Shown here: piece after piece, positions 25,896 to 36,804 of the stretch
Layout: each line of letters begins with the position of its first letter
Position numbering within the stretch: position 1 is the first letter of the stretch
Assembly: GCA_043825875.1 (NCBI GenBank)
Contig: JBDRRF010000076.1
Location: 160,001-224,000, forward strand
DNA length: 64,000 nt
DNA from: Pseudomonadota bacterium
GTDB lineage: Bacteria > Desulfobacterota > Desulfobacteria > Desulfobacterales > RPRI01
Direction: 5' to 3'
The notes under the pieces: generated by a model
What the model saw: the letters and a program-made list of their open reading frames with translations, nothing else
The model's database searches: none
Told to the model about the DNA's origin: nothing
Made by a program: the position numbers and the translations under genes

Positions 25896-27620
25896 CTACC
25901 AACGTAATGTAGCCGACAGATAAGCATTCCATACCTTGTCGACAACCGGGAATAAGGCATCAAAAGAAGTTAATTTATTGATTCTAACCGGCTCACCCAA
26001 TGGATTTCCACTTCCGGTATAGTCATAATCATAGTACTGACCGCCAAGTTGTATGAAAAAATTTCGGCCGACTATAGGCTGGTTATAATAGATTTCATAT
26101 ACCTGTCCACGGGTAGCAAGTTTGCTCCCGATAAGTGAATCTTCGGCACCGGTAAAATTAAACCAGTATTTTGATCCATAGTTATATTCCAGGCCAACCT
26201 TGGCATCCAGCGGCATGGGGAAAATGGCCCCCACATAGATCATGTATCCATCCCGGCTTTTCAAGTCTCCGTTGGAACTCAAAAGACCCTGACCCATAAT
26301 CTCATAAAATGGATTTTCCGAGATCTGTGATGGGTCCGTATGACTCCATGAACCGGATATAAAGAAATCGATATCTTTATCAAATTTCTCAGTAAGATTT
26401 GATCTTACAAGTAATGAAGCAGCTTGCCAGTCACCGATATTACTAGTTGGCTCAAGCCTGCTGATAAATCCCCCATAATTTTTTTGAAAATAATACTCAT
26501 TAACACCGTCATTGTTAAGATCGTCTTTATAGGCGATAAACGGCATAACCGTCAGACCCGTAAAACCGTCGGTAACATCCCATGCATAGGCATAATTCAA
26601 TACTGCACTGGTTGTATCGTTATTAAAAAGCGTTGCAATAAAACCAGCCATGTGGACATCATCTACATCCGCAGTACTGCTCAATGAAGCGCTGTTGCCA
26701 TATTCGCTTTCAAAACCCAAACCATAGCAGAATTTTAATTCAAAACCGGGAATGTTTGTGGCATCCTCTAAACCAAAGCTTAAAGAAGCACCATCAAATT
26801 GCCAGTTAATAAGCGTAGCTACGGGTGATCCGCCCTCAAGGCCGTTGTTACGGTATTCAAGCGGTGGACCTTCTGTGGAGGGTCGACGACCCAAAGACAG
26901 GTTAAACGGCACTGATCCCATATAGTTTTTATAATTAAAATATGCCCGTTCAAGACGAATAGTGTCTCCGTGGGGCAGGCTTGATGTATTGCCGTCAAAT
27001 GTAGCGTCTCCAAGGCTTCCATGGTTGAATTTGACACCGGTGCTGTCACCATATACCTTGTATGTTGCTAAACGACCGGCAAAAGCAAGGTTGTCATTAA
27101 CTTTGGCTTTCATTTCCAAACGTATCCTGTTGGTGTAAATGATGTCATTGTTAATATCGTATTGCTCAACAGGCGGAACCATACCGCCTGCTATCATACC
27201 AGCAATACCCGCTTGAGCCTGTGCAAGTGTTGCACCATTAAAGCCTGTTGGAGCGTTAACAAAAAAACCGTTTACCAGAGAGCTTGGCGCCACTCTGAGA
27301 TCCTGGTAGTGAATGCTTTCAGCCCTGGTTCTTAAATCAATGCCAAATGAGATTTTGTCGGTGGCCGTATGAAGTTCAGCCTTGTTGAGCCGACTATCCA
27401 TCTCTTTGATCTGGTCCTTTTTTTCAGACTCTGTTGTCTCCATGGCTTCAATTCTTTTCTGGAGTTCCTCCATTTGTTGAGACATGGTCTGAAGTTGCTC
27501 TTTAAGAGTCTGAATTTCGTTTTCAGCAAAAACATCAGATACTGAAAACAGAGACAACAGAAAGAACAGACCAAAGATTTCAGCAAAAATTTTTACCCTT
27601 AATTTTTTTTTCTGTTTCAA
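25896..27620 (-). CDS. DUF3373-type outer-membrane porin-like protein
   Basis: Signal peptide, N-terminal coiled coil, ERAYF, LGRRPST.GPP, EYNYGSKYW, SKLATRG, aromatic C-terminus. GGAGG RBS. Confidence 0.8.
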   Translation of the reverse strand: MKQKKKLRVKIFAEIFGLFFLLSLFSVSDVFAENEIQTLKEQLQTMSQQMEELQKRIEAMETTESEKKDQIKEMDSRLNKAELHTATDKISFGIDLRTRAESIHYQDLRVAPSSLVNGFFVNAPTGFNGATLAQAQAGIAGMIAGGMVPPVEQYDINNDIIYTNRIRLEMKAKVNDNLAFAGRLATYKVYGDSTGVKFNHGSLGDATFDGNTSSLPHGDTIRLERAYFNYKNYMGSVPFNLSLGRRPSTEGPPLEYRNNGLEGGSPVATLINWQFDGASLSFGLEDATNIPGFELKFCYGLGFESEYGNSASLSSTADVDDVHMAGFIATLFNNDTTSAVLNYAYAWDVTDGFTGLTVMPFIAYKDDLNNDGVNEYYFQKNYGGFISRLEPTSNIGDWQAASLLVRSNLTEKFDKDIDFFISGSWSHTDPSQISENPFYEIMGQGLLSSNGDLKSRDGYMIYVGAIFPMPLDAKVGLEYNYGSKYWFNFTGAEDSLIGSKLATRGQVYEIYYNQPIVGRNFFIQLGGQYYDYDYTGSGNPLGEPVRINKLTSFDALFPVVDKVWNAYLSATLRW

Positions 27621-27742
27621 TTTTCCCTCCTTTTTAAATGTATAACTGTACCCGATACTTTTGAGGCAGGTGCATGGTTAGTGCATCCAATATGAACCCG
27701 AAATATTATCAACACCCGGAACCAGCAGTAACAGATCACCAG

Positions 27743-27758
27743 AGCAATGATTGTACCA
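27743..27758 (-). promoter_or_regulatory. Sigma54 (-24/-12) promoter of the porin-YeeE-OTR operon
   Basis: Minus strand TGGTAC-AATCA-TTGCT matches TGGCAC-N5-TTGCW. A sigma54 activator gene lies divergently. Confidence 0.8.
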
Positions 27759-27850
27759 AATGAAAAGAAAAAGATAAGCAAATAGTTAATTAATTGAAAT
27801 AATAATGCAATTTACCATCTTGTTTTTTTCTTGCATTATTCGGTTTTATT

Positions 27851-27878
27851 GTTATGTTAACAGGTGTTAACTTTACAG
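27851..27878. promoter_or_regulatory. Candidate upstream activator sequence (TGTTAAC palindromes)
   Basis: tgttaacaggtgttaac about 100 bp upstream of the sigma54 site. Confidence 0.45.
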
Positions 27879-28254
27879 GTTTACAATTAAACGATAATTT
27901 TTTATCCGTTTAATTTCATGCATCAGACCAATAGCTCTGTTAGTGCACCCTCAAGAGGTTCAACCGGTCCAGGGTACAATATTTGGAAAGTGGTTATAGG
28001 TTCTTCCTTAAGGAAAGGCCCAAAAAATTAGGGATTAAGTAAAAAGAACCATTTGAAAACTGAAAAATTTTAACACATAAAAAAAAGAACTGCAAATATT
28101 ATGTAATTGTTGTTTCTTAATTTTGAAGTAAAACCATATAAGATTAACTTAGAATAAAGATCTGCATACCACCATCTCTGCTGATAATATATTGATCCTT
28201 ATGTTGTAATGTATTCATTCTTTATAAAAACTTCAGATTGGGGAGAAAATCGTT

Positions 28255-29640
28255 ATGGATATCGGAAAGCACTGGGAAACGATTATAGAAACCATACAGG
28301 ACGGAGTTTTGGTGATCGATCCGGAAGGTAATATTATGTCCGCAAATCCTGCGGCTGAGCGTTTGACAGGATATTCATCCAAAGAACTTATCGGTAAGTC
28401 TTGCCGTATTTTAAACTGCACGGGATGCAAAATTAAAGGAGGGGGTCCCGGGGAAGTATGGTGCAAACTTTTTGTAAAGGGCAAAAGTAAAAACAAGAAA
28501 TGTTTGATGACTCATAAAGATCGCCGCACTGTACACATTATCAAAAGCGCGACCGTTCTGCATGATAAAGACGGAGAGATAATTGGCGCCGTAGAAACCC
28601 TGACCGATGTTTCACAATTGGTGCGCCAACAACAAGAAATTGTATCTTTAAGAAAAACATATCACTTGGATGATGGTTATTACGGGATACTGGGCAAATC
28701 TGTAATTATGCAGAACATGTTTGAACTGATTGATAATGTTGCCCAGTCGGACGCTCCGGTCATGATTCAGGGTCAAAGTGGTACGGGCAAAGAAATGGTG
28801 GCCAGGGCAATTCATCAGGCCAGTGCTCGTTGTGATAAACCTTTTGTAAAAGTAAACTGTGCTGCTTTGAATGAAAACCTTCTGGAAAGCGAACTCTTCG
28901 GTCATATCAAAGGGGCTTATACCGGAGCCGATAAAACGAGAATCGGACGTTTCGAGGCTGCCCATGAAGGCACCATATTTCTGGATGAAATCGGTGACAT
29001 ACCCCTTTCGATTCAGGTAAAGCTTCTTCGTGTCTTAGAGGAAAAAGAAATTGAACGGGTCGGCGACCATAACCCTATTCCTGTTAATGTGCGTATAATT
29101 ACTGCAACAAACAAAAACCTTGAACAATTAATTGATAAGGGACTTTTCCGGGAAGATTTATTTTTTCGTATAAATGTTTTTCCGCTCCATTGCCCGACTC
29201 TTTCGGAAAGGATGGAAGATATTCCATTTATAGTTCAGAGTTTTATTAAGCAAAATTCAATCCGGAGCGGCAAAAAAATTCTGGGTGTCACACCTGAAGT
29301 AATGGAAATCTTCTCCTCCTATTCCTGGCCGGGAAATGTCAGAGAGCTTAGAAACGCTATCGAATATGCATTTGTGCTTTGCTCCGGCGGAGCAATTGGA
29401 AAACAACATTTACCACTAAAAATTTTAAAGGCCAAAGGAGCGAGTTCAAAATCAGCAATCTGCTCCCAGAACGATTCTGTGGAACGTGAAAAGCTCATAA
29501 AGATTCTTCAAGAAGCCAACGGGAATCAGTCCGAAGCTGCCAGGGTCTTAGGCATCAGCCGGGTCACAATTTGGAAAAGGATGAAAAAATACGGTATTAA
29601 ACCAACAATAGATTTAAATGGAGAAAAAAATTTAACATAA
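28255..29640 (+). CDS. PAS-domain sigma54-dependent Fis-family transcriptional activator
   Basis: PAS with Cys cluster, [37 protein letters not shown]-terminal HTH. Confidence 0.95.
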   Translation: MDIGKHWETIIETIQDGVLVIDPEGNIMSANPAAERLTGYSSKELIGKSCRILNCTGCKIKGGGPGEVWCKLFVKGKSKNKKCLMTHKDRRTVHIIKSATVLHDKDGEIIGAVETLTDVSQLVRQQQEIVSLRKTYHLDDGYYGILGKSVIMQNMFELIDNVAQSDAPVMIQGQSGTGKEMVARAIHQASARCDKPFVKVNCAALNENLLESELFGHIKGAYTGADKTRIGRFEAAHEGTIFLDEIGDIPLSIQVKLLRVLEEKEIERVGDHNPIPVNVRIITATNKNLEQLIDKGLFREDLFFRINVFPLHCPTLSERMEDIPFIVQSFIKQNSIRSGKKILGVTPEVMEIFSSYSWPGNVRELRNAIEYAFVLCSGGAIGKQHLPLKILKAKGASSKSAICSQNDSVEREKLIKILQEANGNQSEAARVLGISRVTIWKRMKKYGIKPTIDLNGEKNLT

Positions 29641-30141
29641 ACCGGAAAATATTTTCAGACTTTCAATTCCCCTTTAAATGATATGAAGCTATCTAAAAAG
29701 CAGTATTATTGTTATTCATACGCAAACGAATATTTTTTTAACAATAAGTTAAATATCATAGAGTATAAGGCTGATTGTTTGCTTGTTTTCTTATCAATTT
29801 ATGATATATAGCTGATAAATTTATTTATATTTCAAAATAGCCGCGAATTTTTATAATTATAAAAGTTTTTTACAGAATCATGGGCTTGTTTTTTGCTTTG
29901 TTTTTCTAAACCTTAAAATTAGGTTTGTACCTTATATTGATGGGATACATGGTAACATTATTCAAATTCCTGAGGGCAATGCTTGATATATAATTATTTT
30001 AACTTTTTATAAATACTTAAGAATTACCGGAGTAATCGGCCCGGTTGGAAAGCCGATTTTTTTTACTCTTTTATATATATAATATGAACAACAGTATCAT
30101 TTTGTTATTCAAATGATCAAAAAAAGCTGGAGGTAAAAAAA

Positions 30142-30357
30142 ATGAGTCAGGAAGTGCGGTCTCCGATGCAGGGAGTTATTCTGGAGATTAAGGTTAAAGA
30201 AGGCGACAAGGTAGCTGAAGATGATGAGCTTTTTATTCTTGAAGCAATGAAAATGGAAAACCCTATATATGCCCCGTCAAACGGAACGGTAAAGGAGATC
30301 AAAGTTAAAAAAAAGGATAGCGTTGAAGTAGAACAGGTATTAATGGTCTTGGAATAA
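30142..30357 (+). CDS. Biotin carboxyl carrier protein
   Basis: EAMKMEN biotinylation motif. Confidence 0.92.
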   Translation: MSQEVRSPMQGVILEIKVKEGDKVAEDDELFILEAMKMENPIYAPSNGTVKEIKVKKKDSVEVEQVLMVLE

Positions 30358-30406
30358 ACAAGAAATAAAGTGTATTTTATAAAGGTATTATAATTTACTG
30401 TTTTAA

Positions 30407-30450
30407 TAAATTACAAAAATCAGCTACATTTAGCTGATTTTTGTAATTTA
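30407..30450. terminator. Perfect 20-bp inverted repeat (terminator or operator)
   Basis: taaattacaaaaatcagcta-catt-tagctgatttttgtaattta. Confidence 0.7.
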
Positions 30451-30502
30451 TATATTTTGCATCTGCAACAGGTTTCAGCATTATTTTTTAAGGAGGTATT
30501 TT

Positions 30503-30649
30503 ATGGCTGAAAATATTTGGGTAACCGCAATCAGGATTTTTATATATGGCTTTGGCACAGTATGTACCAGTTTAATAACATTAATGTTTTGTATCAAACT
30601 AATGAGTGCTGCAATCCTGAGACTGAAAGGCAGTGAAAAAAATGGCTGA
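30503..30649 (+). CDS. OadG-like (gamma/delta) subunit of Na+-translocating decarboxylase, 48 aa (below ORF-track cutoff)
   Basis: [35 protein letters not shown] single TM segment. AAGGAGG RBS; overlaps the beta-subunit start. Confidence 0.75.
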   Translation: MAENIWVTAIRIFIYGFGTVCTSLITLMFCIKLMSAAILRLKGSEKNG

Positions 30650-31790
30650 AAATTTTCCTTTATTGAATCAGATTATCTTTAATACAGGTTTTCTTCATTT
30701 GCAAATCGGCCACGTAATAATGTGGATTATTGCCTTTACCTTTATTTATCTTGCCATAAAAAAAGAATTTGAACCGCTTCTTTTGTTGCCTATCGGTTTT
30801 GGAATACTTCTTGTTAATCTTCCTTTAGCACCAATAATGGGAATGACTGAAGGAGCTGAAGGTCTGCAAAGAGATCTTGTTAAATGGTTTTATGACTTCG
30901 GTATAGCTACTGAGATTATCCCATGTCTGATTTTTATGGGTGTAGGCGCACTTACTGATTTTGGGCCTTTGATAGCAAACCCTAAAACTTTGCTTCTGGG
31001 AGCTGCCGCACAATTTGGAGTATACATAGCTTTTTTCGGAGCAATAATTTTCGGATTCAACCTGCAGGAAGCCGCATCTATAGGCATTATAGGCGGCGCT
31101 GACGGACCCACATGCATATATCTTACTTCAAAACTGGCTCCGCAATTGTTGGGCGCAAATGCTTTGGCTGCGTATTCCTACATGGCAATGGTGCCTCTGA
31201 TTCAGCCTCCTATTATGAGACTGCTCACCACCAAGGCAGAACGAAAAATCAAAATGAAACAAATGCGGCCTGTTTCAAAAACAGAAAAAATAATTTTCCC
31301 TTTAATTGGGACAATTCTTATCTGTATGCTTGTCCCTCCTGCAGCCCCCTTAATAGGTATGATGTTTCTTGGAAATCTTTTCAAAGAAAGCGGAGTTGTT
31401 GAAAGATTAAGCCATGCAGCACAAAATGAGCTTTTAAATATTGTCACTATATTCCTTGGCTTAGCAATTGGTGCCACAATGAATGCTGAAGCATTTCTTA
31501 AACCCCAACCTATTTTCATCTTCTTTCTAGGACTTGCTGCTTTTGCTTTCGGCACTGCAAGCGGAATAATAATGGCTAAAGTTATGAATCTGTTTTTAAA
31601 AGATAAAATTAACCCCCTTATAGGTTCTGCAGGTGTTTCAGCTGTTCCTATGGCAGCCAGGGTATCGCAAATAGAGGGGCAAAAAGCCAATAAGCAAAAT
31701 TTTCTATTGATGCATGCCATGGGGCCTAATGTTGCCGGGGTAATAGGCACAGCAATAGCCGCCGGATTATTTTTGACAATGCTTAAATAA
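30642..31790 (+). CDS. oadB: Na+-translocating decarboxylase beta subunit (OadB/GcdB/MmdB family)
   Basis: [53 protein letters not shown]. Confidence 0.95.
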   Translation: MAENFPLLNQIIFNTGFLHLQIGHVIMWIIAFTFIYLAIKKEFEPLLLLPIGFGILLVNLPLAPIMGMTEGAEGLQRDLVKWFYDFGIATEIIPCLIFMGVGALTDFGPLIANPKTLLLGAAAQFGVYIAFFGAIIFGFNLQEAASIGIIGGADGPTCIYLTSKLAPQLLGANALAAYSYMAMVPLIQPPIMRLLTTKAERKIKMKQMRPVSKTEKIIFPLIGTILICMLVPPAAPLIGMMFLGNLFKESGVVERLSHAAQNELLNIVTIFLGLAIGATMNAEAFLKPQPIFIFFLGLAAFAFGTASGIIMAKVMNLFLKDKINPLIGSAGVSAVPMAARVSQIEGQKANKQNFLLMHAMGPNVAGVIGTAIAAGLFLTMLK

Positions 31791-31809
31791 AAATTATGGC
31801 AGAAACCTG

Positions 31810-32982
31810 ATGATAAATCAGAAAAATCAGGACAACTTAAAAATTGCAATGCTGGGTTCCTTTCCCCCGCTTCGCGGACTCAGCAGTTATTGTCTGGAGC
31901 TTGCCTTGTCTGTCGCAGATCTGACTGATATAGAATTTATCTCATTTAAAAAACTATATCCGGCTTTCATGTACCCTGGGGGTGATCTAAAAGAAGACAA
32001 CACATTCCCTGTTCCGCACCATCCGAATCTTAAAATAAAACGCAGGCTAACCTGGTATAATCCATTAACCTGGTTAAAAGAAGGGATGTTTGGCAATGGT
32101 GATTTATTGCATGCACAGTGGTGGAGCCTGCCGCTTTTCCCTGTCTATTTAATAATACTTAGTTTCTTTAAAATACGATGCCGTCCCATAGTAATCACTG
32201 TTCATAATGTTGTAGACCATGAAAAATCATATACATATAAAAAGTTTTCAGGTTTACTGTTTAAGCTTGCAGACCATCTGATTGTTCATACCGCAAAAAA
32301 TAAAGAGCAGATGATTACCGAATATGGAATTTCTCCTGATAAACTGAGTCTTATACCTCATGGGTCTTTAGATTTCCATGTTAAGTATAATATAGACAGA
32401 GAAGAAATTCGAAAAGAATTGGGATTTGATATAAAAAATAAAATCATTCTTCTTTTTGGCGCAATTCGTCCGTATAAAGGAGTCGATACGGCTCTTAAAG
32501 CATTCGCCCAGGTTTTAGCAAAAGTACCCGATTCCCGTCTTTTGATAGCAGGAAAACTATGGGAGAAGTGGGAGCCTTATCAAAAATTGATAGAGAAGCT
32601 TAATATAGAAGAGTATATTTCAACTTATCTTGATTATATACCTTCAGGTGAAGTATATAGATTTTTTACTGCATCAGATATAGTAATTCTGCCATACCAC
32701 CATTTTGACAGCCAAAGCGGTGTGGGGGCTACAGCGGTTTCTTTCCGCAAACCATTAATTGTAACAGATGTAGGTGGATTGCCGGATCTTGTTTGTGATA
32801 GGCGTTTCATTGTAAAGCCAAACGATGAATCTTCCCTTGCATCTGCAATAATCGGATGCATAAATGATCCTGAAAAACTAAAAACAATGGCGAATGCATC
32901 AGATACTATTATTGAACAACTTGCATGGCCGGAAATAGCAAAAAAAACTTATTCCATTTATAATCAATTGTTGGGTTTTTAA
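31810..32982 (+). CDS. Glycosyltransferase family 4
   Basis: FGAIRPYKG, LPY...SQSGV, TDVGGLPD. Confidence 0.9.
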   Translation: MINQKNQDNLKIAMLGSFPPLRGLSSYCLELALSVADLTDIEFISFKKLYPAFMYPGGDLKEDNTFPVPHHPNLKIKRRLTWYNPLTWLKEGMFGNGDLLHAQWWSLPLFPVYLIILSFFKIRCRPIVITVHNVVDHEKSYTYKKFSGLLFKLADHLIVHTAKNKEQMITEYGISPDKLSLIPHGSLDFHVKYNIDREEIRKELGFDIKNKIILLFGAIRPYKGVDTALKAFAQVLAKVPDSRLLIAGKLWEKWEPYQKLIEKLNIEEYISTYLDYIPSGEVYRFFTASDIVILPYHHFDSQSGVGATAVSFRKPLIVTDVGGLPDLVCDRRFIVKPNDESSLASAIIGCINDPEKLKTMANASDTIIEQLAWPEIAKKTYSIYNQLLGF

Positions 32983-33005
32983 AAAAGCTTTGATGGGGCA
33001 TAAAA

Positions 33006-34133
33006 GTGAGCTATCTTAAAGAAGTACTTCCAAAGATTATGCGATATCACCTGGCAAGAAGGAAAATCATATCTTGCGGTTTGCCCTTAAATCTTACATT
33101 TTCCGTCACTAATATGTGCCAGTCCCGTTGCCGCACCTGCAATATCTGGGCTGTATATGAAAAAGATCCAGAAAAACTAAAAGAAGAATTAACAATTGAT
33201 GAAATTGAAAAAATTTTTCGTTCGATGGGGCATATCTATATATTTAACATCAGCGGAGGAGAACCCTTTTTACGACCTGATATTACTGATATTATAAAGC
33301 TTGCCTGCAAATACTTATCTCCCGGCATTATTCATATCCCAACAAATGCTATAGATGTTGAACTTGCTTATAATAAAACACGTCAAATTATAGATTTTCT
33401 AAAATCAGAGTTTCCAAACACCCATCTGACTGTTAAACCCAGTCTGGATCATATAGGCGAGAAGCATGACAAAATCAGGGGGGTAAAAGGTAATTTTGAT
33501 AAAGTAATGGAATTGTTTAATAAGCTTAAATCCATGCAGCCTGATTTTCCTAACTTTCATGCAGAACTTGGCACTGTCATATCAAAATGGAACGTGAATG
33601 ACATAGAAGAAATCTCTGCTTTTGTAACATCGCTTGGTGTTGACAGCTATAGAAATGAAATTGCAGAACAACGCTTTGAAATGTTTAATACACAAAACTC
33701 TATAACACCGAAGGTTGAAGATTACGAAAAGGCTATAGAGCATTTCGTGTCTCATATCAGAGCAAATATGAAAAACCGTTTGTTCTTTCTTCGCATTACA
33801 AATGCTTTTCGTCTGGTGTATTATTCTCTTGCTATTCAAATCCTTAAAGAAAAGCGTCAGGTCATTACCTGTTACGCAGGCATTTCCAATGCCCATTTAT
33901 CCCCATACGGCGATATCTGGGCCTGTTGTACCCTTGCGAATCAGAAATCTATGGGAAATTTGCGCGATTATAATTATAGCTTTAATGACCTTTGGAACAG
34001 TAGTCAGGCGGATACTGTCCGGAAAGACATATACAACAAAACATGCAGTTGTCCTCTCGCGAATCAAACATATTCAAATATGCTTATGCATGGCCCTACC
34101 ATGCTTAAGGTGCTGCATGAGATGATAAAATGA
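33006..34133 (+). CDS. Radical SAM protein with SPASM/twitch domain
   Basis: CQSRCRTC, SGGEPFLR, C-terminal CYAG...GDIWACC...MGNL...C.C. Confidence 0.9.
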   Translation: MSYLKEVLPKIMRYHLARRKIISCGLPLNLTFSVTNMCQSRCRTCNIWAVYEKDPEKLKEELTIDEIEKIFRSMGHIYIFNISGGEPFLRPDITDIIKLACKYLSPGIIHIPTNAIDVELAYNKTRQIIDFLKSEFPNTHLTVKPSLDHIGEKHDKIRGVKGNFDKVMELFNKLKSMQPDFPNFHAELGTVISKWNVNDIEEISAFVTSLGVDSYRNEIAEQRFEMFNTQNSITPKVEDYEKAIEHFVSHIRANMKNRLFFLRITNAFRLVYYSLAIQILKEKRQVITCYAGISNAHLSPYGDIWACCTLANQKSMGNLRDYNYSFNDLWNSSQADTVRKDIYNKTCSCPLANQTYSNMLMHGPTMLKVLHEMIK

Positions 34134-34154
34134 TACCCTTTAAAAAGGAATGAC

Positions 34155-35141
34155 ATGCGATACTTGGTAACCGGTGCAACCGGTTTTATCGGACCTTATC
34201 TTATTCGAAAAGTGACTTCTCTTGGCCATACTTGCAGATGTCTGATTCGAAAAGGAAGTAATACTGATGCTCTGAAAGAGTTCGATATTGAGTATGTTAC
34301 TGGTGACATTACTGACCCTGCGACTCTATGTTATATTGCTGAAAATATAGATTGCCTCATTCATATGGCAACACTCGGGCATATGAACAATTTTACTGTA
34401 AGTGAATCCATGTTCGATGAAGTAAATGTACGGGGAACTTCAAACATAATGAAAGCAGCTCTGTCGGCAGGTATCAGCAAGATCGTGCATTGCAGCTCAG
34501 TTGCCGCTATGGGAATCTGCCAGGATATTCCTGCAACAGAAAAAAGCGAATGCTACCCTCATCATCCTTATGGCAGAAGCAAACTTAAAGCTGAAAAAGA
34601 AGTTCAGCAGATGGTTAAGCAAGAAAAGCTGCCTGCTGTAATAATAAGATTTTCTATGGTATACGGCCCAGGCGATAAAAGAGACATGTTAAAACTTACC
34701 CGTATGGCAAAAAAAGGCTTGTTTCCAAAGGTGGGTAAAAAAGCCAAGCTGACTCCGCTTATACATGTTGAAGATGCTGTAGAAGGAATTCTGGCAGCAG
34801 TAGAAAAAGGCACACCTGGAGAAATCTATCTGATAACAAACACGCGATCCGAAGAGTTTGACAACATACGCAAAATTATTCAAGAAGCATTAGGTATTCA
34901 TAAAACAGTATTGTACATTCCTGAGTGGTTGGCATTGGCCGGAGCGTCGCTTGCTGAAAAGACATTTTCAATTTTTGGAAAAACACCTCCGGTTTCCAGA
35001 AAAAATATAGAGTCTACTTTAGCGGACAGAGTTTTTTCAATTGAAAAGGCACAAAAAGAGCTGGGGTTTAATCCTAAAATAAAACCTTATGATGGAATTA
35101 AAGATACTGTGGATTGGTATAAAAAAAAGGGGTGGATATAA
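34155..35141 (+). CDS. NAD-dependent epimerase/dehydratase
   Basis: TGATGFIG, YGRSK, VYGPGD. Confidence 0.92.
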   Translation: MRYLVTGATGFIGPYLIRKVTSLGHTCRCLIRKGSNTDALKEFDIEYVTGDITDPATLCYIAENIDCLIHMATLGHMNNFTVSESMFDEVNVRGTSNIMKAALSAGISKIVHCSSVAAMGICQDIPATEKSECYPHHPYGRSKLKAEKEVQQMVKQEKLPAVIIRFSMVYGPGDKRDMLKLTRMAKKGLFPKVGKKAKLTPLIHVEDAVEGILAAVEKGTPGEIYLITNTRSEEFDNIRKIIQEALGIHKTVLYIPEWLALAGASLAEKTFSIFGKTPPVSRKNIESTLADRVFSIEKAQKELGFNPKIKPYDGIKDTVDWYKKKGWI

Positions 35142-35142
35142 A

Positions 35143-35940
35143 GTGGGAAAGGAAATAGAAGTATTCGGGGTAACCTACGACAGATATGTACTGCTGAATC
35201 TGCACAAAATCTTTGCAAAGCAATTTAACTTAAAAACCGTAGTTGAAATGCCGAGTCATGGTGCAAAAGCAGCAGGATCTTTGTATTCAATAGGCTTTGG
35301 ACTTGCTGGTTGCAAGGTGACGCTCGTGAACCCCGAATCTGATATGCTTTATGGATGGGAAAAAATAGGAATTAAAAATAAAGTTGAAATGGTTTCAAAC
35401 ATAGATGTTTATAATTCAGGCTTTAAAGACAATCAGTTTGATCTTGCCTGGAATTTTGTCACATGGACGGAACTTGATAATCCTCCAAAATATCTTGTTG
35501 AAATGAAACGGATTTCAAAAAAATATATTCTTCTTGTCACTTGCAATAATTTTCAGCCAGGATACCCCTGGCACAGGCTAATTCACAAAGCATTTGGGTT
35601 CCCGTGGACACACGGACAAGTAAAGTACAATCATATTACAAAAGTTAAAAAGCTTTTTAAAGAAACCGGAATAAATGTAATTGAATACGGCGCTATCGAT
35701 ACCCCAGGCTGGCCTGACCCAAGCGGCCCAAGAGATATAAGACTTCACAAAAGATTCGGAAGTAAAAACGAAGAACCGCCAAAAGAAAAACCGGAATGGG
35801 AAGTACCTTTTGTTGAATATGTACGAACAGGAATTTATCCTGGCTGGATGAAGGCCTTAGGTAAATGGGATATGACTTTCAGGAAAGGAGTTTTCAAACT
35901 GCCTATGAGTCATTTGTTTTATGTGCTGGGGGAAAAGTGA
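35143..35940 (+). CDS. Class I SAM-dependent methyltransferase-like protein
   Basis: FKDNQFDLAWNF, EMKRISKKYILL. GTG start right after the epimerase stop. Confidence 0.65.
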   Translation: MGKEIEVFGVTYDRYVLLNLHKIFAKQFNLKTVVEMPSHGAKAAGSLYSIGFGLAGCKVTLVNPESDMLYGWEKIGIKNKVEMVSNIDVYNSGFKDNQFDLAWNFVTWTELDNPPKYLVEMKRISKKYILLVTCNNFQPGYPWHRLIHKAFGFPWTHGQVKYNHITKVKKLFKETGINVIEYGAIDTPGWPDPSGPRDIRLHKRFGSKNEEPPKEKPEWEVPFVEYVRTGIYPGWMKALGKWDMTFRKGVFKLPMSHLFYVLGEK

Positions 35941-35953
35941 TTATACCCAAAAG

Positions 35954-36141
35954 TTATTCATCAAAAGTTAAAACAAAGTCTTCTGTTAAGGCCTTTTTAA
36001 AATGAATATCATTGGATATTATAAGATCAACGCTATTTATAATTCCTGATGCAATAACTATTTCAAATATATGATGATATTTGTATCCACCAATACGCAT
36101 TTGCCTGATACAGACTTTTCTAGAAAGGTGGATTTTATCAC
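35954..36141 (-). pseudogene. Internally deleted PIN/VapC toxin
   Basis: N-terminal VLVDTNIIIYL followed out of frame by C-terminal IASGII..VDLIISND.HF. GTG overlaps the AbrB-type stop. Confidence 0.7.
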
Positions 36142-36398
36142 ACTGACCTGTCTTTTCTTTCTTTATCTATGTATTCTTTTACATGATCCGCATTTTCCCC
36201 AAAACTGCCTTTTGTTAATCCTGACAGTTTTTCCGTGAAAGAAGAAACAGGCTGAAGAATAATTTTATTATCTTCCCTGCTTAACAGGATTTTTGTGCCT
36301 GATTTTATATTCATCTCTTTTCGAATGTGTGCTGGCAGAATAATATACCCTCTGTTTGAAACTGTCACACTATCAGTAATCATGCTGTCATTCTCCAT
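36138..36398 (-). CDS. AbrB/MazE/SpoVT-family antitoxin
   Basis: VSNRGYIILPAHIRKEMNIKSGTKI. Confidence 0.88.
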   Translation of the reverse strand: MENDSMITDSVTVSNRGYIILPAHIRKEMNIKSGTKILLSREDNKIILQPVSSFTEKLSGLTKGSFGENADHVKEYIDKERKDRSV

Positions 36399-36465
36399 AA
36401 ATGCTGTTAATCTTATTATTAATTGCAATATTTATTACTGTCAACAAAAGATAATTTTATACTAT

Positions 36466-36494
36466 TTGACACAATTTAAAATAATGGCTATTAT
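36466..36494 (+). promoter_or_regulatory. Sigma70 promoter for phd-vapC
   Basis: TTGACA-17bp-TATTAT. A divergent TTGACA lies at 36444-36439. Confidence 0.65.
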
Positions 36495-36531
36495 CAAAAT
36501 CAAACATGTACATAATCAGGAGTATTCAACC

Positions 36532-36804
36532 ATGGAAAATGTAGGCGTTAAAGAACTTAGAGACAGTCTCAGCATCATCCTTAAGAAAGTGGAAAATGGG
36601 GAGATAATAAAAATCATGCGACACGGAAAAGCTGTTGCAGAGCTTAAGCCGCTGGTAACCCCCAGTGAACAAATGTTACTAAATAACCTAAAAAATAAAG
36701 GTGTGTTAGGGGGCGGCAATGGCAATATTGGCTTCATAAAGAGTGTTAAGAACAAAATTCCTGATATGCCTGTTTCCGACTTAATTACACAGGATCGTAA
36801 ATGA
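36532..36804 (+). CDS. Phd/YefM-family antitoxin
   Basis: MENVGVKELRDSLS.IL.KVENGE...I.RHGKAVAEL.P. Confidence 0.9.
   Translation: MENVGVKELRDSLSIILKKVENGEIIKIMRHGKAVAELKPLVTPSEQMLLNNLKNKGVLGGGNGNIGFIKSVKNKIPDMPVSDLITQDRK

Noticed and set aside
31202..31849. 215-aa minus-strand ORF
   Set aside because: Antisense to the well-conserved oadB.
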